From the NCBI GenBank assembly GCA_963728915.1, contig CAVSLV010000004.1, positions 64,001 to 128,000 on the forward strand: a stretch of 64,000 nt of DNA, given 5' to 3'. The translations under genes and the position numbers were made by a program. Numbering within the stretch: the first letter of the stretch is position 1; each line of letters opens with the position of its first letter. The DNA comes from an uncultured Gemmatimonadales bacterium (GTDB lineage: Bacteria > Gemmatimonadota > Gemmatimonadetes > Gemmatimonadales > GWC2-71-9). The notes under the pieces are model-generated. The model was not told the origin of the DNA and did not search any database. It worked only from the letters and a program-made list of their open reading frames with translations. Shown piece by piece: positions 28,281 through 37,500 of the stretch.

Positions 28281-29075
28281 CGAGCTCCTCCTGCCAGGAC
28301 AGTGGGCCAGCCTCATGGTCAAGGTGACTCCAGATCGCGGACCGTTGTTAGCTCGGGCCGAACTGCACATCCCTGTGCAGATGTTGATTCACATTTCCAC
28401 CTCATGTGTCGAATCGTGTTTCGTCGCTGCGGGGACACGACTTCTGTGTCCACAAAAGTCCCACCCAACAACGTTGTAACCCGAAGAAAGACAGGCACTT
28501 GCGCGATTTCTTCCAGGCCCTATCTTGGTGGTGCGTCGCTGCCCAGGCAGCTTCCTACGGAAGTTGAATCGGGTGGTGGCAAGTTCGGGCGGTATATCAG
28601 GGGAGGTCAGGAGAACGCTCGCTCGTTCTCAGGATCGCAGATCCTGGTGGTCACATCGACCCGGACCGGTGGAGCCAGTCGCGTTGTTCCACCCGCTCCG
28701 ATGTGGCGCCTCGGAGTGCAGTGCGGAAGGTCGGTCCGCGACCCGATCGATTCGCAGCGCTTGCGTGAACGAACCAGGTGGGATTGGCCATCCGGCCTGG
28801 GGATCGAAACTGAGGCCTGACTCCGCCCTCCCGAGAGGTGATCAACCAGACGGTGGCGGAGGAGAGAAGAACGGCGGCGTAAGCTCCGACTTCAGTAGGT
28901 TCACGCTGGGACGGCCGTGACGGCGCAAGCTGTGCGGCCGTTCCGATTTTGTGGCAGGCGGTCCGCCGGTCCGCCTCCGTTGGTGCATTACCCATCCCCG
29001 CCACGCGTCTCCTCCCCCGAGGGACCAGAAATGGGACCAGAGCATCCTTACCCATGGCTCTACGGGTGACAACCT

Positions 29076-29495
29076 ATGCCTACAATGATTGACTCCAGAC
29101 CTGTTCTAATTGTCAGCAGTGACCGGTCCCGCGCCGAGCAGCTCGCTGAGCCGCTGCGCCAGTCCGGAACGACCGTTACCACCGAAACCCACGGCCCATC
29201 GGCAGCCGCCCTTCTCGCTGCCGCTACGGTCGGAGCCCCAGGAGAAGGACCCGGACTTCTCGTCCTGGATCTGAGTCTCCCCGAGCTCGATTTTCAGCGT
29301 CTGCGAGAGGCCCTGGGCGAAAGTGCTCCACCTCCCGAGCCTCTGGAAGCGGTCGAGCGGAGGCAGATCGCCGCCATGCTCCGGCACACCGGGGGGAACC
29401 GCCGGAAGGCGGCGCAGCTCCTTGGCCTGGCGCGCTCCACACTCCTCGCAAAGATCCGCCGTTATCATTTGGAAGGAACGTCCTCCGAGGGATAG
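29076..29495 (+). CDS. Degenerate receiver-like domain fused to a Fis-type HTH
   Basis: LLVLDLSLPELD; LEAVERRQI...GGNRRKAAQLLGLARSTLLAKIRRY. Confidence 0.8.
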   Translation: MPTMIDSRPVLIVSSDRSRAEQLAEPLRQSGTTVTTETHGPSAAALLAAATVGAPGEGPGLLVLDLSLPELDFQRLREALGESAPPPEPLEAVERRQIAAMLRHTGGNRRKAAQLLGLARSTLLAKIRRYHLEGTSSEG

Positions 29496-29522
29496 CTGAA
29501 CAACCTCCAGATCAAACTTTCA

Positions 29523-30062
29523 GTGCTCGGCCTGGCGCTGTGCGCCTGGCCGAGCTTTGCTCAGGTGCGTTGGGGGGCGGCTGCGGTCAGCACCGGCAGC
29601 CTGAGCTTCGACGGCAAGTCGACCCTGGGTGACTTTACCGGCGTCAGCGACTCCGTTAGCGGGCAGATGACCGCAGGAGCCCTTTCCGAAGTGCGTGGCT
29701 GGGTGGAAGCCCCGGTTCGGACCCTCAAGACCGGGAACAACCGCCGGGATCGCGACCTGGTCAAGACCATGGAAGCGGATATCTATCCGACCATCCGGTT
29801 CATTCTGGATGGAGTGGAGCCCCAAGGACCGGAGCGAGACAGCACGTCGGTCATGCTGAGCGGAAGGTTCTTCATACACGGAAAGACCCGCGCAGAGCGT
29901 TTCCCCGCCATCGTCCAGCGAACCTCGGGTGGGGTGCGGGCAACTGCGACGTTTCCGATGAACCTCAAGGACTACGAGATCACCAATCTGACCCGCTTCC
30001 TCGTGCTGAAGATGAATCCGGATATCGTGGTTCATGTGGATGTGACGTTCGGCGGGCGGTGA
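29523..30062 (+). CDS. YceI family polyisoprenoid-binding protein
   Basis: LKTGNNRRDRDL, YPTIRF, IHGKTR, LKDYEI. Possible CTG start at 29496. Confidence 0.88.
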   Translation: MLGLALCAWPSFAQVRWGAAAVSTGSLSFDGKSTLGDFTGVSDSVSGQMTAGALSEVRGWVEAPVRTLKTGNNRRDRDLVKTMEADIYPTIRFILDGVEPQGPERDSTSVMLSGRFFIHGKTRAERFPAIVQRTSGGVRATATFPMNLKDYEITNLTRFLVLKMNPDIVVHVDVTFGGR

Positions 30063-30064
30063 CC

Positions 30065-30502
30065 TCACCGGGATTCTCGCACCCGTCCGAGCCTCGATAC
30101 GACGATCCTCCTGGTAACATCGCCCTTCACGAGGACGTGGGTGGTATTGGAGGCTCCGAGCCCGACGCCATCGGGACCGAAGATGGCGGTATGAGGGTTT
30201 TGCAGGGTGACTCCCGCGACGTTCGGACCGGGCTGGAGCATGACCAGGATCGTATCGGGATCGGCGGCCCCACGGACGGTGCGAATCGCGATGGAATCGG
30301 GAGCAATCCGGAGAATCGCGAGCCGCTGCTCTGTACGCGCGGCAATCCAGGCTTGCCGGTAGGCTGCCACAATTCTGGCCGCCTGGTGCTCGACCGCGAT
30401 CCGGTCCGCGCTCCGGCTGGCCCCCGGGACGATGATCGCCGTCACGATCCCGATGACGACCAGCACGATGAGCATCTCGACCAGGGTGTACCCTTTGCGC
30501 AT
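30065..30502 (-). CDS. Type IV pilin / pseudopilin (FimT/GspH-like)
   Basis: Prepilin cleavage motif KG|YTLVEMLIVLVVIGI; C-terminal SRLGRVR. Confidence 0.88.
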   Translation of the reverse strand: MRKGYTLVEMLIVLVVIGIVTAIIVPGASRSADRIAVEHQAARIVAAYRQAWIAARTEQRLAILRIAPDSIAIRTVRGAADPDTILVMLQPGPNVAGVTLQNPHTAIFGPDGVGLGASNTTHVLVKGDVTRRIVVSRLGRVRESR

Positions 30503-30600
30503 GCGCCACGATAGGGCCCTGGCCAGGGAATCCGGGATCGTTTTCCCGCGAGTCGGATCATTTTGTAACTTCCACCAGTCTCAAACCTCAGGACACCGAC

Positions 30601-31170
30601 ATGCCGTACGTCTTTCTCGCGGTTCTCGTCGTGCTCGCGATCTGGGTGATCGGGGCCTATAACGGACTGGTCGCGCTCAAGAACCAGGTCGTGAATGCCT
30701 GGAAGCAGATCGACGTACAGCTCAAGCGCCGGCACGATCTGATTCCCAACCTGGTGAACACGGTGAAGGGGTACATGCAGTACGAGCAATCCACCCTCGA
30801 GGCGGTGATCGCCGCGCGCAACAAGGCGGTGGCCGCGCAGGGAGTGGGCGCCACCGCCCGCGCCGAGGGAGAGCTGTCCCAGGCGCTGGGACGGTTGTTC
30901 GCGCTCCAGGAGAAGTACCCTGAGCTCAAGAGCTCCCAGAACGTGCTGCAGCTCCAGGAAGAGCTGACCAGCACCGAGAACAAGGTCGGATTTGCCCGGC
31001 AGCTCTACAACGATGTCGCCACCCAGTACAACACCCGGCAGGCCCAGTTCCCGACCAGCCTGGTGGCCGGCCTGGCCAAGGCCAGTCCCGCCGAGCTCTG
31101 GGAAATCGAAGACGGGAGCGAGCGGGCTGTGCCGGAGGTCAACCTTTCGTTCACCAAGCCGGTGGTGTGA
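30601..31170 (+). CDS. lemA: LemA family protein
   Basis: YNGLV...WKQIDVQLKRRHDLIPNLV, YPELKS, ENKVGFARQLYND. Confidence 0.95.
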   Translation: MPYVFLAVLVVLAIWVIGAYNGLVALKNQVVNAWKQIDVQLKRRHDLIPNLVNTVKGYMQYEQSTLEAVIAARNKAVAAQGVGATARAEGELSQALGRLFALQEKYPELKSSQNVLQLQEELTSTENKVGFARQLYNDVATQYNTRQAQFPTSLVAGLAKASPAELWEIEDGSERAVPEVNLSFTKPVV

Positions 31171-32183
31171 GCGACCAGAATCTCTTTGCGCAGCAGGAGG
31201 CCAACCGGCGCAAGTCGCGCTGGCTGGTCATCGGCTTCATCCTGTTCTTCGCCTGGGTCGGGTTCGGGGGAGACCTCGCCTTCTTCCTCCAGACCCGTGA
31301 CCTCCCGCCCGGGCACTACCACCACGTGGTGCCGTTCATCGGGCTCGCTGCGCTGGCCTTCGCGGCAGGAACCACGAGGTACGCCTGGGTCAGCGGCGCC
31401 AAGCGGGTGCTGGACGCGTCAATGGCTCAGGAGCTGGTCAACCCCGCCACGCCGGAGCTCAAGCGGCTGGACAACGTGGTGGAAGAGATGGCCATCGCGG
31501 CGGGCATTCCGAAGCCGAAGATCTGGATCGTTCCGGATCCCGACCCCAATGCCTTCGCCACCGGCAACGACCCGATGCACGCAAACATCGCGGTGACCGA
31601 GGGGCTGCTCCGGGTGCTCGATCGGGACGAGCTCCAGGGGGTGATCGCGCATGAAATGTCCCACATCCGGAACTTCGATACCCGACTGATGACGCTGCTC
31701 GCGGCGATGGTCGGGTCCATCATCCTGATGTCGAATGTGCTGCGGCGGTCGCTCTGGGGCGGGAGAGGGGGAAGGCGGGGCGGGGAGAAGTCCAAAGGGC
31801 CTCTCGGGGCCGTGATCCTGGTGGCCTGGCTGCTCACCCTCGTCATCGCGCCCATCGTCGGGGCTTTGCTTCAGATGGGGGTGAGCCGGAAGCGGGAGCT
31901 CCTCGCCGACGCGACCGGCGCCCAGCTCAACCGGAATCCACTCGCCCTGGCCCGAGCGCTCGAGAAGATCGACGGCGAGGCCGCCCCGACCACCCACGTG
32001 ATGAAGGGCAGCGCCCACATGTGCATCGTGGATCCTGCGGGGAGCCGGCTGACGGGTGGCGAGAAGTCCCGCCTGTTCGCCTCCCATCCTCCGATTCGGA
32101 TCCGGGTGGCGCGGCTTCGGGGAATGGCGTACGCGACGGCCAAGAGCGGCGAACCGGAAGCGCCGGAGGTGACTCCTGGCTAG
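31167..32183 (+). CDS. htpX: M48 family zinc metalloprotease (HtpX-like)
   Basis: PNAFATG, AHEMSH, SRKRELLADA, FASHPP; follows lemA. Confidence 0.9.
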   Translation: MSDQNLFAQQEANRRKSRWLVIGFILFFAWVGFGGDLAFFLQTRDLPPGHYHHVVPFIGLAALAFAAGTTRYAWVSGAKRVLDASMAQELVNPATPELKRLDNVVEEMAIAAGIPKPKIWIVPDPDPNAFATGNDPMHANIAVTEGLLRVLDRDELQGVIAHEMSHIRNFDTRLMTLLAAMVGSIILMSNVLRRSLWGGRGGRRGGEKSKGPLGAVILVAWLLTLVIAPIVGALLQMGVSRKRELLADATGAQLNRNPLALARALEKIDGEAAPTTHVMKGSAHMCIVDPAGSRLTGGEKSRLFASHPPIRIRVARLRGMAYATAKSGEPEAPEVTPG

Positions 32184-32839
32184 TGTCTGGGGTCGTCCAG
32201 GAAGACCAGATGTTCCCGGCGTGCCACCACGGCACGCAGCGCCTTGAGCACCCGCGGATCGATCACAGTTCCCGCCAGATCGCCCAACCGCTCCACCGCA
32301 AGCTCCGGCGACATTTTCTCCTGATAGGCACGTGAAGTCGCCAGCGCGTCGTAGATCTCCACCGTTCCGAGAATGCGGGCGCCCAGAGGGATTTTCTCGC
32401 CCTTCAAGCCGTCGGGATAACCCTTGCCGTCCCACCGTTCGTGATGGCTGCGGACGTACTGAATCACCGGGCCGAGGTGGAGGAGCGGAGCGAGGATCTC
32501 CGCGCCGATCGTGGTATGGCGCTTGACCTCCTCGAACTCCTGATCGGTGAGCGGGCCCTGCTTGGTAATGATCTCTTCCCGCACCCCGATCTTGCCGATG
32601 TCGTGCAGCCGGCCGGCGGTGCGCACCGCGTCCACTTCGTCGTCGGAGAGCTTGAGCTCGCCCGCGACCGATGCCGCCATGTCGGCGACCCGGGCGCTGT
32701 GTCCGCGGAGATAGGGATCCTTGGCTTCGAGGGCGTTGACCAGGGCTTCCAGGGTCGCAACCGCGACTTGCTGCAGATTGGTGCGCTCGCGTTCGAGTGC
32801 GGCGGCGCGTCTCTCCAGGTCTTCGTTGCCGGACATCAT
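32180..32839 (-). CDS. Stand-alone HD-GYP cyclic-dinucleotide phosphodiesterase
   Basis: GHSARVA, LHDIGKIG, HHERWDGKGYPDG; short N-terminal coiled coil only. Confidence 0.9.
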   Translation of the reverse strand: MMSGNEDLERRAAALERERTNLQQVAVATLEALVNALEAKDPYLRGHSARVADMAASVAGELKLSDDEVDAVRTAGRLHDIGKIGVREEIITKQGPLTDQEFEEVKRHTTIGAEILAPLLHLGPVIQYVRSHHERWDGKGYPDGLKGEKIPLGARILGTVEIYDALATSRAYQEKMSPELAVERLGDLAGTVIDPRVLKALRAVVARREHLVFLDDPRH

Positions 32840-32877
32840 GGGCGAAAAACTAGCCTCTGACGGGGCCAGGGACCAGA

Positions 32878-33714
32878 CTAGACGAACTCCACCGGGACCC
32901 GATGGGGGATCACCCCTGCCTCGGCCCCGCGGTCCAGGAGAAGCTGCACCGCACGCCGCCCTTGCTCGCCATAGTCGACCGTCCAGTGGTTTACGTACAT
33001 CCCCACGAACTCGTCGGTGTCCTGGTCGGTGAGCCCGCGACTGAACTGTCCGGCATGGGCCAGCGCCGGCTTTCGATGGGCCAGGCCGTATTCGATGCTC
33101 TTTCTCAGATCGACCGCGACCTGGGCGATGACCCGCTCCCCCAGGTCCCGTCGGACCACGTTCCCGCCCAGGGGGAGGGGGAGCCCGGTCTCCCGCTTCC
33201 ACCACGCCCCGAGGTCCTCCCAGAGCTGGAGGCCATCCCTGGAATAGGTGAGCTGGCCTTCGTGAATCAGGAGTCCCACGTCGACCCTTCCCGACGCCAC
33301 CGCCTCGCCGATCTGGTCGAAGGGAGTCACCACCGGCTCGAACCCGGCCTGATACAGCTTGAGCGCGAGAAAGGCCGAGGTCCGAAGGCCCGGCACCGCG
33401 ACGCGGACCCCGGCGAGGGCGCTCCGGGGATCGGCGGGTCTGGGCTCGCGCGCCACCAGCCGGGGACCGTACCCATCGCCCATCGATGCGCCGCTCGAGA
33501 GCAACGCGTAGCGGTCCGCCAGATACGCGTAGGCATGAATGCTGACCGCCGAGATCTCGAGCTCGCCCGCCAGGGCCCGGGCGTTCAGGGTCTCGATGTC
33601 GGCGAGCTCATGCACATAGCGGAGATCACCGGTATCGAGCTTCCCCTCCGCCAGGGCGTAGAACATGAAGGCGTCGTCGGAGTCGGGGCTGTGCGCGACG
33701 TGAATCGTCCGCAT
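32878..33714 (-). CDS. mqnD: 1,4-dihydroxy-6-naphthoate synthase (futalosine menaquinone pathway)
   Basis: HSPDSDDAFMFYAL, GDGYGP, LIHEGQLTY, LPLPLG, MYVN. Confidence 0.88.
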   Translation of the reverse strand: MRTIHVAHSPDSDDAFMFYALAEGKLDTGDLRYVHELADIETLNARALAGELEISAVSIHAYAYLADRYALLSSGASMGDGYGPRLVAREPRPADPRSALAGVRVAVPGLRTSAFLALKLYQAGFEPVVTPFDQIGEAVASGRVDVGLLIHEGQLTYSRDGLQLWEDLGAWWKRETGLPLPLGGNVVRRDLGERVIAQVAVDLRKSIEYGLAHRKPALAHAGQFSRGLTDQDTDEFVGMYVNHWTVDYGEQGRRAVQLLLDRGAEAGVIPHRVPVEFV

Positions 33715-34529
33715 CACGGGGCCTTGCCGGTCGAGGCCTCGGCCCGGGCCTTGAAATTGTCGAGGACCGGCTTGTGATCCGCGTACTCGGGGCGACCGGA
33801 GCGTAGCTCTGCCTGGTAGTGGGTCAGGAAGTCGCGATAGCTCCGGGTGAGGTCATCCATGCGGTTCTGTCGGTCCGCCGCTTCGCCCCGGATCACGTAC
33901 CCGAACAAGTGCCCGGGCGACTGGGCCAGGATGGTATCGGCGAGGGCGCGAGCTCCGTCGTAGTCAGCGATGGTGAGCCGGACCAGGGCCGCGTGGAACC
34001 GGAGGTCGGCGTTGGCCTCCGGCAGCATGCTGTAGGCGGCAAGGGTCATCGGTGAGAACTGGGCCACCGTCCCTGTGTCACCCGATTCGGCGGCCCGCAT
34101 GACCCGGTCGAAAAGCCGCTCGAACCGTTCCTCGGGACTCATGCTGCTGATGTCGGGGGCTTGACCTGCCACCCCGGAAGCGGCGTCCTGATTGCCCGGA
34201 TTTGCCATTTCCGGCGCCGGGGCGGGTCGCAGGGCCCCGCCTTTCAGAAGAATCACGACGCTCAAGGCCACCACGGCCAGGCCGGCCACGAGCCAGGCAA
34301 TGCGCTCGCGTCCCGCCCTGGCTTCCCCTCCTGCCCCTTTCCCGGCGGCTACTGGAGCGCCGCATTGGTGACAGAATCGAGCGCCGGGGCTCAGGGCGGC
34401 GCCGCACGAGCGGCAGGCTCCCAGATCGGCCGGGGCGCCGCAGTGCGAGCAAAACCGCCCGGTTACTGCGCTACCGCACGCCGCGCAGGTCCTTGGTCCA
34501 GCCGGGACTTCTGAGGGAGGAGTCGTCAT
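33714..34529 (-). CDS. Double zinc-ribbon membrane protein with a helical/TPR-like C-terminal domain
   Basis: Four CxxC motifs (CAAC, CSHC, CRSC, CHQC), then one TM helix. Confidence 0.8.
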   Translation of the reverse strand: MTTPPSEVPAGPRTCAACGSAVTGRFCSHCGAPADLGACRSCGAALSPGARFCHQCGAPVAAGKGAGGEARAGRERIAWLVAGLAVVALSVVILLKGGALRPAPAPEMANPGNQDAASGVAGQAPDISSMSPEERFERLFDRVMRAAESGDTGTVAQFSPMTLAAYSMLPEANADLRFHAALVRLTIADYDGARALADTILAQSPGHLFGYVIRGEAADRQNRMDDLTRSYRDFLTHYQAELRSGRPEYADHKPVLDNFKARAEASTGKAP

Positions 34530-34545
34530 CTTGGGGGAGAGAAAC

Positions 34546-37500
34546 CTAACCAGGCGGTCCTGCCTGGGAGGTTGGACGCCGGACCGCCCGAACCCGGACC
34601 TCGTGTCGTTTCCCGTCGTCTACCAGAGGGATTCCGGGCGCCGGCAGGCTCCGGCCATCCAGGGTCAGTTCGACGGTGCCCGTCGTGGCGCCGTCCTCCT
34701 GGTGGACCTCGATCGCGTACAGACTCTGCCCGAACCGATACTCGATCGTGTACCCAGGCCAGGTGGTGGGTGCGCAGGGCTCGATGAAGAGTGTGGCGCC
34801 ATGCTTTCGCAGTCCGAGGATCCCCTCCAGTCCGACCCGGTACATCCAGCTCGCCGAGCCGGTGTACCAGGTCCATCCACCGCGGCCCTGCTGGTGTTGA
34901 ACCGCATACACGTCGGCGGCGAGGACATAGGGTTCCACTTTGTAGGTCGCGACCTCCTCCGGGGTGCACGCGTGGGTAAGCGGGTTGAGCATCTGGAAGA
35001 GTTCGAAGGCGCGATCGCCGCGTCCCAGGCGGGCAGTCGCGAGCACCGCCCACAGCGCGGCGTGGGTGTACTGGGCCCCGTTCTCTCGCACGCCTGGCAG
35101 ATAGCCTTTGATGTAGCCGGGGTCTTGTCGGGTTTGATCGAACGGCGGGGTAAGGAGCAACAGGAGGCGCGTCTCTTCACGAACCAGGTGCTGTTCCAGG
35201 GAGCGCATCGCCTGGGCCTGACGCTCCGGGGCGCCGGCCCCGGAGAGCACGCTCCAGCTCTGGGCGATCGAGTCGATGCGGCACTCCTCGTTTTCGGCTG
35301 CGCCCAGCGGTGTTCCGTCGTCGAAATACGCCCGGCGATACCACGCGCCATCCCACCCGTGCTCCTCGACCGCGGCGGCGTAGCGGTCGGCCTGTTGGCG
35401 CCACTCGACCGCGTGGGCGGTATCGCCGCGCGCCTGGCCGCACTCCGCGAAGTCTCGCAGTGCGGTGATGAGGAACCAGGCCAGCCAGACACTCTCGCCC
35501 CGCCCCTCCGCGCCGACCCGATTCATGCCGTCATTCCAGTCCCCACTGCCGATCAGGGGCAACCCGTGCGCTCCGGCCGTGCAGGCGCGTCGCAGCGCGC
35601 GGACGCAATGTTCATACAGAGTCGCCGACTCCGTGGAGACCTGTGGCAGGTCGTACAGCTCGGACTCGCCCGGCTCGAGCGCGCGCATGGTGAGGAACGG
35701 AACCGCCTCATCGAGCAGGGACGCATCGCCGACGGTGCGGACGTAGTGGGCCACGACGTAGGGGAGCCAGGCGAGATCGTCCGAGCACCGGGTGCGCAAG
35801 CCGCGCCCGCTCGACGGGTGCCACCAGTGCTGGACGTCGCCCTCGACGAACTGCCGGGCGGCGGCGCGCAGGATATGCTCACGCGCCAGAGCCGGTTCGG
35901 CATAGACCAGCGCCATCACATCCTGGAGCTGGTCCCGAAAGCCGAACGCTCCGCTGCTCTGATAGAGAGCGGAGCGCGCCCAGAGGCGGCAGGCCATCGT
36001 CTGGTACAGGGTCCAGCGGTTGAGCATCGCGTCGAAGCTGGGCTCCGGGGTTCGAACCGTGATGACCGAGAGCCGCCTGGCCCAGCCGGCGACGGACTCC
36101 TGGAGGGCGGCCCGCGCCCGCCCGAGGTCGCGATACTCTGTCACAGCCTCCCGGGCGGCGGCTTCGCTCTTCGCGGCACCGACCAGCATCACGAGTTCTC
36201 GAGTTTCTCCCGGGGAGAGCTCGAGTTGGCACTGGAGCGCCGCGCATGGATCGATGCCCACGCCGGTCGTTCCCGCCAGCGCTCCGCCGGATCCGAGCGC
36301 TGCCGGCGTACTGACGTCGCCATTCCGCCCGAGGAAAGAGCGTCGGCTGGCGGTGTGCCCGGTGACCGGCTCGGAGATCGCGTGGAAGGCCATCCATTCG
36401 GCGAATTGTGGGTCGAAGCTATTCTGGGCGAAGATCGCGCCCTGTTCGCGATCGAAGGTCGTCTGCACCTGGTGCTGGGTGAACTCACGGTGGACGCCCA
36501 GGGTCCACTCCAGGTACGTCGTCAGCGTCAGCCGCCGTGACCGGGTGTCCCGGTTGGTGATCCGGACCACCCCGAGTTTGACCGGCGCGTCTTCCGCCAT
36601 GCCAAGCGTAAGGTGCGTGGCAATCCGATCCCGTTCATGAGCGAACGTCGAGGCGCCCGGCCCGTGGCGGATGGCATAGGGAACCGCTTCGCGGAGTGGC
36701 CCGGGGGTGACACACCACAGTTTTCCGGTTTCCGCGTCCTGCAGGTACACGATCTCGCTCACTGGATCATTCACCGGATCGTTGTGCCAGGGAGTGAGGC
36801 GGTAGAAGTAGCTGTTCCCGGCCCAGGTGAACCCACCCCCTCGCTCAGTGACCACGAACCCGCCGTGCCGGTTGGCAATGACATTGGACCAGGGCGCCGG
36901 CGGCAACCGATCCCCGCACACCCCGATCTCATAGTCGCCATCCGCGGTGAGCGCACCGAAGCCGTTGGCGGGTACCGCCGGTCCCGGGTCAGCCCTCGGC
37001 TCGGACCGCGGGCGCAAGACAGCGGTGAACGGGGCGAGGAGTGCAGGCAGGCGGGTTCCGACATGCCGCAGCACGCTCGCCATGCGCACCCCACTGCGTT
37101 CGGGAGATCGAAACTCGGCCGGAAGCATGTCGTGTTGATTCGCCTCCGGTGATTCCTCCGGTGCCGGCGATGCGGCCAGGAATCGGCCGAGCGAGCCGCG
37201 GTCGCAGGGGATGTACACCCGGGCGGTGGCTCGCAGCATGAGCAATTCCTCGGCGCTCAGCAATTCACGGCGCCGGACAAAGACGCCTCCTGGACGGTCC
37301 ACCGAGCCCGGGTCACTGAGCGAATACACCGCCGCCATGATCCGATCGTTCAGGTCCTGGAGATAACTGGGGGGCTGTGCGTTGAGGATCACCAGATCCA
37401 CCGTCATGCCGCGGCGGCGCCAGTAACGGTGGGCGGCAAGGAGCTGGCGCAGGGTCGGCAGTCCTCCAGCGGACTCGATGCTGATCAGCAGGATTGGCCA

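Noticed and set aside
28302..29072. ORFs 28302-28820, 28525-28920, 28651-29055 and 28842-29072
   Set aside because: Mutually overlapping, with no motifs and atypical codon usage; treated as non-coding.
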